Assembly: GCA_001189215.1 (NCBI GenBank)
Contig: LFCR01000004.1
Span: 162,244 to 226,243, forward strand
Direction of reading: 5' to 3'
DNA length: 64,000 bases
DNA from: Parcubacteria bacterium C7867-008
Lineage (GTDB): Bacteria > Patescibacteriota > Minisyncoccia > Phycocordibacterales > Phycocordibacteraceae
The notes under the pieces were generated by a model. It made no database searches. It saw only the letters and a program-made list of their open reading frames with translations, and had not been told where the DNA came from. Shown in pieces: positions 39,124 to 47,799 of this stretch. The first letter of the stretch is position 1. Each line of letters opens with the position of its first letter. The position numbers and the translations under genes were made by a program.

Positions 39124-40007
39124 TGGCGAGTAGGAAACTGCTCGCGTGTTTGATTAAAGATTTCTAGACGCACCGGATCATCTATAAGTCCTCGAGGTGG
39201 TATGCCTTGTTTCTCAACCTGTACTCGTTGAATAGCTGCATACGCTTGTTTGTATACCTGAGCTGTTTCAAATTTCCCAAGATGGACCGCGTATTGTTGC
39301 ATTCTGAATAACTGGAAACCAATCTGATCAACAATAGCTCGTTGCACAGGATGTATGCCAAGCGCTTTATTATTGTTGGCCATCCAGAGTCCTGCTAACT
39401 CCTCCACTACGGGTTGGCCAATACCTACCACCGTTCGTGCAACATTTAGCCGAGGAGCCAGGTCCGTTGAATCCTGATTTCGGTAGTAATCAATAGAGCC
39501 TAACTTGCCTCGTTCTATTTCATTTCGTATAGCAGTTATCTTCTTATCTATTCCGCTGGTACCAAATGTAACGTCCACAGCGAGAGCAAGTACTTCTGAA
39601 TCTTGGCCTGGCATATTCCACTCCACAACCATATCTACCTTGTTTACGAAGTCATCGTAGCGTGCACTACGCAGCGTGCTCGCGTTACTCCCCAACCACT
39701 CGCCCAGTTCTGACTGCATAAGCATAATTGCCTCAAAGGTATCCGCAATCTTCTTAGAATTAGCTTCGGTAACAGATCGTTCACTATTGAATTTGCGTTC
39801 AAGACGATCGGCGAGTGCAATATCACTTTGTACACGCGCTGTACCATACTTCTGTATGAAATCTTTCTCCTGAATTACATATTCGGGGCTAGTTAGGACT
39901 TCTGCTTGCGCACGCTCATAGGCGCTTTCCATGAGTGGAGAAAGTTCAACGCGTCGCTCGCGTTTAGCATCAATTGCATGTATGAGCCTAGCCTCAGGGT
40001 TATACAT
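39120..40007 (-). CDS. hypothetical protein (about 295 aa)
   Basis: Start moved to MYNPEARL because the ORF-track start overlaps the rplU terminator. Confidence 0.45.
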   Translation of the reverse strand: MYNPEARLIHAIDAKRERRVELSPLMESAYERAQAEVLTSPEYVIQEKDFIQKYGTARVQSDIALADRLERKFNSERSVTEANSKKIADTFEAIMLMQSELGEWLGSNASTLRSARYDDFVNKVDMVVEWNMPGQDSEVLALAVDVTFGTSGIDKKITAIRNEIERGKLGSIDYYRNQDSTDLAPRLNVARTVVGIGQPVVEELAGLWMANNNKALGIHPVQRAIVDQIGFQLFRMQQYAVHLGKFETAQVYKQAYAAIQRVQVEKQGIPPRGLIDDPVRLEIFNQTREQFPTRH

Positions 40008-40026
40008 GGTTGTAGTATACGGCACA

Positions 40027-40064
40027 AAGAAAGAAGCCCGCATCTCGCGGGCTTCTTTCTTTTA
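40027..40064 (-). terminator. intrinsic terminator after rplU (bidirectional-looking)
   Basis: agaaagaagcccgc-atctc-gcgggcttctttct flanked by T/A runs. Confidence 0.65.
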
Positions 40065-40065
40065 A

Positions 40066-40392
40066 TTATCCGATCGAATCGATCTTAACTTTCACGTGTG
40101 GCTGACGATGACCACGACGCTTGAGGTATCGACTCTTTGCCTTGTATTTCACGACGTCTACTTTCTTTGCGCGTCCTACTACGGAAACGGTTCCTGTTAC
40201 AGAAGCACCCTTTACGAGTGGTGCACCGACGTTCGTAGTCTTACCATCATCCGTAAGGAGGACCTGGTCGAATACGATAGAATCGCCTTTCTTGGTATCT
40301 ACCGGTCCACGGGCAAGCTTCTCAATGGTAATGACGGAGCCTGGGGCAACGACATACTGCTTCCCTCCGGTCTTAATAACGGCGTACTGCAT
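40066..40392 (-). CDS. rplU: 50S ribosomal protein L21
   Basis: MQYAVIKTGGKQY N-terminus. Confidence 0.9.
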   Translation of the reverse strand: MQYAVIKTGGKQYVVAPGSVITIEKLARGPVDTKKGDSIVFDQVLLTDDGKTTNVGAPLVKGASVTGTVSVVGRAKKVDVVKYKAKSRYLKRRGHRQPHVKVKIDSIG

Positions 40393-40418
40393 ATAAAGGC
40401 CATACTAGGCTATTTTCC

Positions 40419-40452
40419 ATAAAACGCAAGGCCGCCCGGGAACCGGGCGGCC
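40419..40452 (-). terminator. intrinsic terminator
   Basis: ggccgcccgg-gaa-ccgggcggcc with a T-run on the - strand. Confidence 0.6.
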
Positions 40453-40461
40453 AATCAGGCC

Positions 40462-40674
40462 TTAGGCGAGCTTGCAGACATGGATTCGGTAGCAAGAGGT
40501 GGGCGAAACCTGAATAACCGGCCTATCTAAAGCGCGTATAGGGTGTACTTCCTGGGAGACATGGGGATGCGGTGGTCCCATTTTAACCAGCAGGAAGATG
40601 AGGCACACGGCCCCTAAAGCAAGGGCCAGGACCGTAAGTAGCGGCGTGAAGTCACGCCTTACTTTTTTGATCAT
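40462..40674 (-). CDS. 70-aa small membrane protein, moderately GC-rich
   Basis: GGAG 9 nt upstream of ATG (MIKKVRRDFTPLLTVLALALGAV). The ORF-track version is extended upstream. Confidence 0.35.
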   Translation of the reverse strand: MIKKVRRDFTPLLTVLALALGAVCLIFLLVKMGPPHPHVSQEVHPIRALDRPVIQVSPTSCYRIHVCKLA

Positions 40675-40753
40675 GACGAGGTACTCCAACTTGAGACGCG
40701 GCAAGCCGCAGACACTCCCTTCTTCCTTAACTGTATACCCCTTTGAACTATGT

Positions 40754-41818
40754 TCAATCCTCGTCGGTGCCTGGCTTATCAAGTACGAGTGGCTCCAACC
40801 CTATCTTTACACCATCTATTCTAAATACATCTTTCTCTATCTTTCCAAGTTCCTTAGAACCGGCGTTGTAATGGGAGACAGCAGTACCCAGTGCGTTACC
40901 AAGCTTCTTATAGAATTCCTCGTACGAACCAATGTGCTTACCGAGCTCACCCACACGCTTCTGAATCTCTACTGCTTTTTGTTCGATCTCTAGAGCTTTA
41001 AGTCCTTGAAGTACGGTCTGAAGATACGCAAGGAATGATGTTGGAGAAACAATGATGACCTTGTATTTGGACGCGGCGCGTTGAATGAGATTCTCTTCAT
41101 CTCCCCCTCCAACACTGTTAACCAGGAGATCGTAATAGATACCTTCTGATGGAATGAACATAAAGGCAAAATCCATAGTTCCCTCTGCGGGGCGAATGTA
41201 TTTAGCCGTCTCCGTGATACGAAGCTTGAGATCATTCACAAAGGCTTTTTCAAGATTGATACGCTCGGTACTTCCCTCTTTGGCATGGATGAAACGGTTG
41301 TAATTCTCAAGAGAGAATTTTGAGTCTACCGGCACTATCTTGTCGTTTACGAAAATAACGGCATCTACGATCTCACCATTTGCAAATGGATACTGAATCT
41401 TATACATACCTGGTGCCATCACATTCTTGAGCACTGCTTCAAGATAGTACTCACCGAGCACACCACGCTGCTTTGGATTCTTGAGCACATCTTGAAGAGA
41501 TTGAAGCTGCTCTGCAAAGCTCTGAGTTTGTCGTCCGATCTCCTTTACTGAAGTGATCTCCTCAGTGATTTCACGTATGAGTTTGGAAGATTCTCCGAGC
41601 TGTACACGCATAGTCTCATGTACCTGCTTAGAAGATTCATTCATGCGCGCATCAAGGGTACGTTCCATCTTCTCAAGTTGGTTCTGAAGAAGGAGCATGC
41701 CAGAGGTGTCATCTTTTGGAAGACGATTCTTTTCGTTCTGACGCATGCTGAGCCAGAGTCCGATTCCTTGGATAAATACGAGCGCGAGCACAATGAGGCC
41801 AATAGCGAGTGGGTCCAT
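40754..41818 (-). CDS. rmuC: DNA recombination protein RmuC
   Basis: N-terminal TM. Long coiled coil. C-terminal FMFIPSEGIYYDLL motif. Confidence 0.75.
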   Translation of the reverse strand: MDPLAIGLIVLALVFIQGIGLWLSMRQNEKNRLPKDDTSGMLLLQNQLEKMERTLDARMNESSKQVHETMRVQLGESSKLIREITEEITSVKEIGRQTQSFAEQLQSLQDVLKNPKQRGVLGEYYLEAVLKNVMAPGMYKIQYPFANGEIVDAVIFVNDKIVPVDSKFSLENYNRFIHAKEGSTERINLEKAFVNDLKLRITETAKYIRPAEGTMDFAFMFIPSEGIYYDLLVNSVGGGDEENLIQRAASKYKVIIVSPTSFLAYLQTVLQGLKALEIEQKAVEIQKRVGELGKHIGSYEEFYKKLGNALGTAVSHYNAGSKELGKIEKDVFRIDGVKIGLEPLVLDKPGTDED

Positions 41819-41884
41819 GGAGTAATTATACGATGGTGTCCCTAGAGTACGCTATCGAACAGGTGGCTATGCTACACTCTCCCC

Positions 41885-42340
41885 ATGACCCTCCACGAAA
41901 CACTTAAAAAAGGTATTCCTGATGCACTTCGCGCTAAGGACGAAGTACGCCTCCGTACCCTTCGTTCTGTTGTTACCCTTATGACCAACGAAGTGGTTGC
42001 GAAGAAGCGTAAGCCAGATGAATTTCTTACTGATGAGGAAGCCCTTACCGTACTGAAGCGTGCAGCAAACCAGCGTAAGGATTCTATTGAGCAGTTCACG
42101 GCAGGTGGACGTACCGAACTTGCTGAGCCTGAGATAGCAGAACTTGAAGTGATCAACTCATTTCTCCCCACCCTCATGACTCGTGAGGAGATCGAACCGA
42201 TTGTAAAAGCAAAGATTGCTGAGCTAGGAGTATCTGATAAATCAGGTGCAGGAAAACTCACTGGTTCCCTTATGCAGGAACTTAAAGGTAAAGCAGACGG
42301 TGGTGATGTGAAGGCAGTGGTAGACGCACTCCTTTCATAA
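41885..42340 (+). CDS. GatB/YqeY-domain protein
   Basis: Length and pattern of the YqeY family. Confidence 0.65.
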   Translation: MTLHETLKKGIPDALRAKDEVRLRTLRSVVTLMTNEVVAKKRKPDEFLTDEEALTVLKRAANQRKDSIEQFTAGGRTELAEPEIAELEVINSFLPTLMTREEIEPIVKAKIAELGVSDKSGAGKLTGSLMQELKGKADGGDVKAVVDALLS

Positions 42341-42406
42341 TCCTTTGACTTTCAGTGCACGGGCACTATGATACCGACAGGTACCCACAGTAATGGAGAG
42401 TGAAGG

Positions 42407-42778
42407 GTGACCAGGTTCATTTCGTTCAATGAAGTCGCTCGATACGAGATTCAAGTTGGCATCAAACACGCAAGCACAAGGCATCGTCTGTTATTTAGCT
42501 TGGACGAAGACAAAGTCCGCAGAATCGCGAACCGAGCCGGCAAGAACATGCACGACAGGCACTGGGAGGCCAGACGTGCAATACCGGAAGCGATTGAAGC
42601 AGTACTGGCACCTGAATCACGCCGTGGTGCATATGCAACCGCATATAGCTCCGCCGTGTCGAAGATCTTCAGTGATAGGAGCGCAAAAGCGCGAAGACAG
42701 GCTGCACAGCGGCGACGGGAAGCCAACATGCCTGTTCGACCCGCACAACAACTCCACTTCCGATTCGTTCTGGACTGA
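42407..42778 (+). CDS. 123-aa basic GC-rich protein of unknown function (GTG start)
   Basis: GGAGAG upstream of GTG. Arg-rich. Terminator follows. Confidence 0.4.
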   Translation: MTRFISFNEVARYEIQVGIKHASTRHRLLFSLDEDKVRRIANRAGKNMHDRHWEARRAIPEAIEAVLAPESRRGAYATAYSSAVSKIFSDRSAKARRQAAQRRREANMPVRPAQQLHFRFVLD

Positions 42779-42798
42779 CGCATGCGAGGGGAGAATTG

Positions 42799-42833
42799 AG
42801 GGCCGCTGTCTTTTGGACGGCGGCCTTTCTCGT
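42799..42833 (+). terminator. intrinsic terminator
   Basis: ggccgctgtc-ttttg-gacggcggcc then tttctcgt. Confidence 0.6.
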
Positions 42834-42847
42834 ACTAGAGTGGAGTA

Positions 42848-43663
42848 ATGCAGAAGTATGTAGTGCTAAATAAGAAGATTGGGCAAACCCCACTTGAAAC
42901 CATTCAGGCGTGGAAGATGTCTAATCCTACCTATATAGATACCCCAGCAACCTATGCTGGTCGCCTGGACCCTATGGCAAGTGGTCTCCTATTGGTTCTT
43001 TTTGGAGATGAGTGCAAGAAGAAAGATGCATACCTAGGACTCGATAAGGAGTACGAAGTAGAGATTGTTCTTGACCTCTCTAGTGACACAGGAGATGTGC
43101 TCGGTCTTATCTCTGAGACTGATACATACACCACTCCGTCATCTGTAGAAGTACAGGCTTCATGTGCAAAAGAGATTGGTGCACACACCCTTCCCTACCC
43201 CTCATACTCTTCCAAAACTGTAGACGGAGTTCCTCTGTTTCTCCATGCACTGCGAGACACATTGAACACCATTGATATCCCTACCCATACAGAAACTATT
43301 CATTCCATAAAACTGAAATCTGTTTCAACTATCTCAAGCGTAGACTTACATAAACGAATTAAGGAAATACTTACTGCTGCACCTCATTCAGATGAACCAT
43401 CTAAAGAACTGGGCGCTGATTTCCGGATTCATGCCGTACGGAATTCTTGGGGTACGGTATTCGTTAAACCTGAAAGATCGTTCACAGTGATTCATTTGCG
43501 TGTGGTTTGTGGATCAGGTGCATATATGCGTACTCTCGCTGAACGCATTGGCACTTCATTGGGTACACACGCCCTAGCACTTTCTATACATCGCACTAGT
43601 GTTGGTATCTATAAAAAGATTGGCCCCCTAGCATTTTGGACAAAGAACTTCAAACTTCCCTAG
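42848..43663 (+). CDS. truB: tRNA pseudouridine(55) synthase
   Basis: GRLDPMASGLL catalytic motif. Confidence 0.85.
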   Translation: MQKYVVLNKKIGQTPLETIQAWKMSNPTYIDTPATYAGRLDPMASGLLLVLFGDECKKKDAYLGLDKEYEVEIVLDLSSDTGDVLGLISETDTYTTPSSVEVQASCAKEIGAHTLPYPSYSSKTVDGVPLFLHALRDTLNTIDIPTHTETIHSIKLKSVSTISSVDLHKRIKEILTAAPHSDEPSKELGADFRIHAVRNSWGTVFVKPERSFTVIHLRVVCGSGAYMRTLAERIGTSLGTHALALSIHRTSVGIYKKIGPLAFWTKNFKLP

Positions 43664-43728
43664 TATTGACAATTTAAGTAATTGTTGTTAATATAGTTTC
43701 AGAATATTCCTCCTGTAGAAAGAACCGT

Positions 43729-43884
43729 CATGAGCATAGTGCCTCAAGGAATGGTTTCTCTCGACGACTGGCTGACGCGATTCATTATCGCAATTGGCTG
43801 CATCGCCCTCGTGTGGACTCCAATATATCTATGGGGTGCATACAAAGAATATCGAGAGCGTGTTCGAAAGAGACCCTCGAAGAA
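43729..43884 (+). CDS. 51-aa single-TM micro-protein (below ORF-track cutoff)
   Basis: MSIVPQGMVSLDDWLTRFIIAIGCIALVWTPIYLWGAYKEYRERVRKRPSKKL. Own terminator. Confidence 0.35.
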
Positions 43885-43900
43885 ACTCTAACCGCCCACC

Positions 43901-43938
43901 GCCCCCGGACATCTGTCTGGGGGTTATCGTTTGTCTTT
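43901..43938 (+). terminator. intrinsic terminator
   Basis: cccccgga-catctg-tctggggg then ttatcgtttgtctttt. Confidence 0.6.
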
Positions 43939-43965
43939 TGACCAACCATACAAATAATTGTATAT
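43937..43965 (+). promoter_or_regulatory. sigma70-like promoter: TTGACC, 17 nt spacer, TATATT
   Basis: Consensus-like -35 and -10 with ideal spacing. SD GAGGA 8 nt before ATG 44004. Confidence 0.55.
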
Positions 43966-44003
43966 TCACAGCGGACGTTTTTCACAACCAGAGGATATGG
44001 TCC

Positions 44004-45875
44004 ATGAGACTCATAGCAATCATCGTGATGCTTCTGTCCATGGTCAACGTGGATGTGAGCTGGGCAAAAGACAAGCCAATCGGCGGCCTCTGTGGAGGCG
44101 CCTATGTCGGCTCCAACACCTGCGTATGGAATGAGGACACTCATGAGTGGACCGAAACATACGTGGGCTGGGACAACTGGGAGTGGCAGACTATCGCCAA
44201 CCAGCCAGAACTTGCTCCGGCTATCCGTCGGATGCATCTCCCCCGGCAGGTGCCGGTTGAGAAGAGATACTCGATCAGTCTGAATACCAAAGCGTGTTTG
44301 AAGCCGGAGTATCATCTCCTTCTCGGCGCTGCGGTTATGCCTTCGAACCGAAAGCCAATTGCGACCACGCGTCGTGTGGTGATCATAAATGTTGAAGGCG
44401 GAGACTGGCCTGAAGAATCCCGCATCTGGCCGCATCTGGGTATCAATTACGTGGGGACGGTCGCAAAACAGGAAGGCTTCGACGTCGTTCTGTACGACGA
44501 GCTTATTCAGAGGCGCAAGCCGCTGGAAGAACTTATTCGTCCCGGCGACATCGTCGGCCTCAGCCTTGTCAGCACCGGCATCGAACGTGGCGTCCTCGTC
44601 GCGCAAGAAGCTAAGGCACTTGGTGCCCGCTACGTTATCGCTGGAAACGACTCGGCGATGTTCCGTGCCCGGCAGCTCCTCGAGCTTCCTGACCGGCCCA
44701 TCGACGCCGTCTTCACCAGCAACAGCGTCGTGACACTCCGGGAGTTCTTCCGAAATGCAGACGCGGTGATCGCAGGTTCGATGCAGATCGAGCAAGTGGC
44801 AACCGCACCTGAACAAGTGCCGTACGTCTCCAACGAACACGCAGGTGTTGCGGTGGAGCGTAAGGCATACACCGAAGAAGACTTCTTCTTGGTCCCAAAC
44901 CTCTCACTCTTCAGCGACGAGTACTGGGAGCTGGTTCGAACTGCGTATCGTTCGCAGTTCGGACACAAGCACCAAGACCCTGCCAACGTCCGTAATGCCA
45001 TCGCGCTTCTTGCGCAAGGCTGTGGACGCGCCGGAATGGGCGATATCTGCGACTACTGCACCATCCGCCATGTGGCGAATGTGGTGCAGCCGCCCCCGGG
45101 GTATCTAGAGGAGACTCTCGCCACCTATCGGGCACAGGGTGTGAATACCTTCTTCAATGTGACGGACTCAGCCTTTGAGATGGGAGTGCTCGCAAAACAG
45201 CTCGAAGAAGCTGGTCCGGTGGACACACTCATCATCTACGGTAGAGCGCAGGCAATCGCGCAGCGTCCAGACCTCCTTGAACGGTGGAAAGGATGTGTGA
45301 CCGAACGTCTGCTCATCAATTGCGGTATGGACTCAGGAAGTGAGCGTATCCTGCAAACCGGCATCAATAAGTCCGGAAGTAAGGTGGGTTCAAGGCTTGA
45401 AGAGAACTATCGGGCGCTGGCCAACATCAAGGCGGCGGGCCCCAAGGTTCACTTGCACTTCTCTGTTATCTTCGGTTCACCGGGAGAGACGCATGAGTCG
45501 TGCGAGGCTACACTGCATTTCGTGCAGCATGCGATCGACACGCTCGGTGAGCAGCTCGACGTCGTCGAGGGCGATATTTTCTGGGTTAACTTCGGAGCAC
45601 CGTGCAGTGAGATCTTCACGGACTACAAAGCAGCACAGAAGCGCGCTCTGCTTGCTGGGAAGAGTATATCCCGGGACGAGTGGCACCAGTACTTCGCCCG
45701 TCACGCTGATGAGCTTGCCGTGCCGGAGGAATCCCAGCACGCCTGGTACACCTTCTTTACGAGCATCACCATCAAAGAGGCGTGGGCGTACAATGCTCAG
45801 GTCCGTGGCATGCTCGAACAACTACCTGGCCACATCACCGGTCGGAACTATGCGTTCAAGCCACCTACGGTGTGA
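44004..45875 (+). CDS. B12-binding-domain radical-SAM-like protein with N-terminal hydrophobic/Trp-Cys-rich extension
   Basis: Rossmann-like B12-binding region (RRVVIINVEGGDWPE..GDIVGLSLVS). Cys cluster CGRAGMGDICDYC (CX8CX2C). GC-rich. Start set after the internal terminator and promoter, not at 43794. Confidence 0.55.
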   Translation: MRLIAIIVMLLSMVNVDVSWAKDKPIGGLCGGAYVGSNTCVWNEDTHEWTETYVGWDNWEWQTIANQPELAPAIRRMHLPRQVPVEKRYSISLNTKACLKPEYHLLLGAAVMPSNRKPIATTRRVVIINVEGGDWPEESRIWPHLGINYVGTVAKQEGFDVVLYDELIQRRKPLEELIRPGDIVGLSLVSTGIERGVLVAQEAKALGARYVIAGNDSAMFRARQLLELPDRPIDAVFTSNSVVTLREFFRNADAVIAGSMQIEQVATAPEQVPYVSNEHAGVAVERKAYTEEDFFLVPNLSLFSDEYWELVRTAYRSQFGHKHQDPANVRNAIALLAQGCGRAGMGDICDYCTIRHVANVVQPPPGYLEETLATYRAQGVNTFFNVTDSAFEMGVLAKQLEEAGPVDTLIIYGRAQAIAQRPDLLERWKGCVTERLLINCGMDSGSERILQTGINKSGSKVGSRLEENYRALANIKAAGPKVHLHFSVIFGSPGETHESCEATLHFVQHAIDTLGEQLDVVEGDIFWVNFGAPCSEIFTDYKAAQKRALLAGKSISRDEWHQYFARHADELAVPEESQHAWYTFFTSITIKEAWAYNAQVRGMLEQLPGHITGRNYAFKPPTV

Positions 45876-45898
45876 TTCGATTCTCTATTAGTTCCTTG

Positions 45899-45932
45899 TC
45901 CCGCGTCTACATGGCGCGGGATTTTCTTTTTA
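45899..45932 (+). terminator. intrinsic terminator
   Basis: tcccgcg-tctacatgg-cgcggga then ttttctttttat. Confidence 0.65.
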
Positions 45933-45940
45933 TACTGAAC

Positions 45941-45967
45941 GCAAAAACCGCCTTTCGGCGGTTTTGC
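45941..45967 (-). terminator. hairpin terminating tRNA-Glu transcription
   Basis: gcaaaaaccgcc-tttc-ggcggttttgc immediately 3' of the tRNA on the - strand. Confidence 0.55.
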
Positions 45968-45972
45968 TCGTG

Positions 45973-46044
45973 TGACCCTACGGGGAATCGAACCCCGATT
46001 TCCTGCGTGAGAGGCGGGCGTCCTAACCGTTAGACGATAGGGCC
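45973..46044 (-). tRNA. tRNA-Glu (anticodon CTC), no encoded CCA
   Basis: Cloverleaf GGCCCTA..TCGATTCC..TAGGGTCA. Anticodon loop ctCTCac. One C-A mismatch in the anticodon stem. Confidence 0.75.
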
Positions 46045-46070
46045 ATGCCTATGGTTATACCAGAGATGAG

Positions 46071-46108
46071 GGTACAAGAAAAGCGACGCGCTCCCGGGCG
46101 CGTCGCTT
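46071..46108 (-). terminator. intrinsic terminator
   Basis: aagcgacgcgc-tcccgg-gcgcgtcgctt with a T-run on the - strand. Confidence 0.65.
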
Positions 46109-46128
46109 ACATCTCCTCAAATTGGTGT

Positions 46129-46437
46129 CTAGTTAATCTTGACCACCTGGATGGGCGATACAAAGTACGGGAATCCTTCGAGCCGTAAGGTCCAGGTAGA
46201 AGTTACTTCCAGGATCTTGTGGTTGGTATCTGGCTTTCCCTCGAACGCCACCAGATCCCCAACAGCAAGAGCCTTTCTAATAACGGCGTTATGCCGCTTC
46301 TCATCCGAGGAATCCCCAATGAAGTGTTTGGGAACATTTGCTGCACGCACAACGCTCGTGTGCACTTTCAAACCGAAATTGTGCGATCGACCATTGTCTC
46401 TTCGTACTCTTCGTGCGCCAGAACTCCAGCCTGCCAT
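46129..46437 (-). CDS. 102-aa protein of unknown function, moderately GC-rich
   Basis: AGGGGAG before the ATG (MAGWSSGARR). Terminator downstream. Confidence 0.45.
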   Translation of the reverse strand: MAGWSSGARRVRRDNGRSHNFGLKVHTSVVRAANVPKHFIGDSSDEKRHNAVIRKALAVGDLVAFEGKPDTNHKILEVTSTWTLRLEGFPYFVSPIQVVKIN

Positions 46438-46500
46438 TGTGAAATTCTCCCCTACTAACCTAAAGCGCACTATACTCCCCTTTTTCTGTTTGTATAGAAG

Positions 46501-47793
46501 TTATCTACTCTTCCATTGCAGGCTCTGACGAACCAACAGTTCCTGATCTTCAGGTGCACTTAGGAGTGCTTCAGTGATGCGTTCCGTACGAATAGACTGA
46601 GATCCCTTAATGAGGACTGCATCACCCTTACCAATGAGTTCAGTGAGGGCGGTAGCAGCTTCCTCTGACGTACTAAATTGTTGAATGGAGGTTTCGGACA
46701 TTCCTGCCTCTAGTGCTGCTGCTGCAATGCCACGTGCACGAATACCCACCGTCACAAGAAGATCTGTCTGGCGAGCAGCTAGGGTGCCAATGCGCTCATG
46801 CTCTTCGTGTGAGTAGCGACCAAGTTCGAGCATATCTCCGAGTATGGCAATACGGCGTAGGTTTTGTTCACCTGCAACGAGATTAAGCGATGCAAGTGCT
46901 TCAACGGTTGCCGTTGGTGATGAGTTATAGGAATCATCGATTAGGACAGCACCATCCTTACCACTTAAAATACGTGCACGACCAGGAGGTGGTGCAAAGG
47001 CCTTCAATCCTTCAAGCGCGTCTTCAACAGAAAGCCCGAGCGCTACCGCTGTTGCAACTGCCGCAGCTGGTGCATAGAGTGCTGGTTGTCCGACGGTGTC
47101 ATATACCGTAAGTGGAGATTCTTCGTCTGAGACTTTTAGTATCGCTTGCATACCTGACACACGACCACCTTCTACAAACACCTTTGGGTGTGTGATCCGA
47201 ACATCCGCTTGTTCGCCCACGCCAAACGTAAACGTACGCGCCGTGAGACGCGCACTCATAGCAATAGCATATTCATCTTCTGCATTCATGATGAGTGGCA
47301 TGCCTTCATCAAGTGCATACGCTGGATAGAACTCTTCTTCACGTACGGCTGCTGGTGTTGGATACGCTTCAACATGTACGGGCACTTCAGGAAGCTTTGT
47401 TACCACCACCGCGTCTGGTAGTGCGATCTTCATAATCTTAGCCAAATCACCAGGACGGTCGGCTCCCACCTCAAGTACCAGAAGATTTGGATAGTGGGTT
47501 GGGAAAAACCGTACTGCAAATGCTTCACCAAATACTCTAAGCCATGCAGCGGGGCTTGCCCACGGACTACCCACACCAATTATCGTGAGAGGAACACCAA
47601 ATTCACTGTTAAAACTCTTTTCACTTCTGCGGACATAATAGCCAGTTGAAAGAGCTGCAGCCACCGCATCTTTCGTAGAGGTCTTTCCCACACTTCCCGT
47701 CACCATCACAATCTTCGGCTTGTACTTCCGCACTATGCCAGCAGCAAGCCAGCCAAGTACTAGTGCGAAGAGGGTGCGGAGAAGTGATTTCAT
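46501..47793 (-). CDS. murF: UDP-MurNAc-tripeptide D-Ala-D-Ala ligase
   Basis: VTGSVGKTSTKD P-loop. Mur ligase domains. Confidence 0.85.
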   Translation of the reverse strand: MKSLLRTLFALVLGWLAAGIVRKYKPKIVMVTGSVGKTSTKDAVAAALSTGYYVRRSEKSFNSEFGVPLTIIGVGSPWASPAAWLRVFGEAFAVRFFPTHYPNLLVLEVGADRPGDLAKIMKIALPDAVVVTKLPEVPVHVEAYPTPAAVREEEFYPAYALDEGMPLIMNAEDEYAIAMSARLTARTFTFGVGEQADVRITHPKVFVEGGRVSGMQAILKVSDEESPLTVYDTVGQPALYAPAAAVATAVALGLSVEDALEGLKAFAPPPGRARILSGKDGAVLIDDSYNSSPTATVEALASLNLVAGEQNLRRIAILGDMLELGRYSHEEHERIGTLAARQTDLLVTVGIRARGIAAAALEAGMSETSIQQFSTSEEAATALTELIGKGDAVLIKGSQSIRTERITEALLSAPEDQELLVRQSLQWKSR

Positions 47794-47799
47794 AAATAG

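Noticed and set aside
43794-44003. 693-aa ORF start at 43794 for the radical-SAM-like gene.
   Set aside because: The first 210 nt overlap a separately terminated 51-aa ORF (in another frame), a terminator and a consensus promoter. The in-frame ATG at 44004 with SD GAGGA is the credible start.
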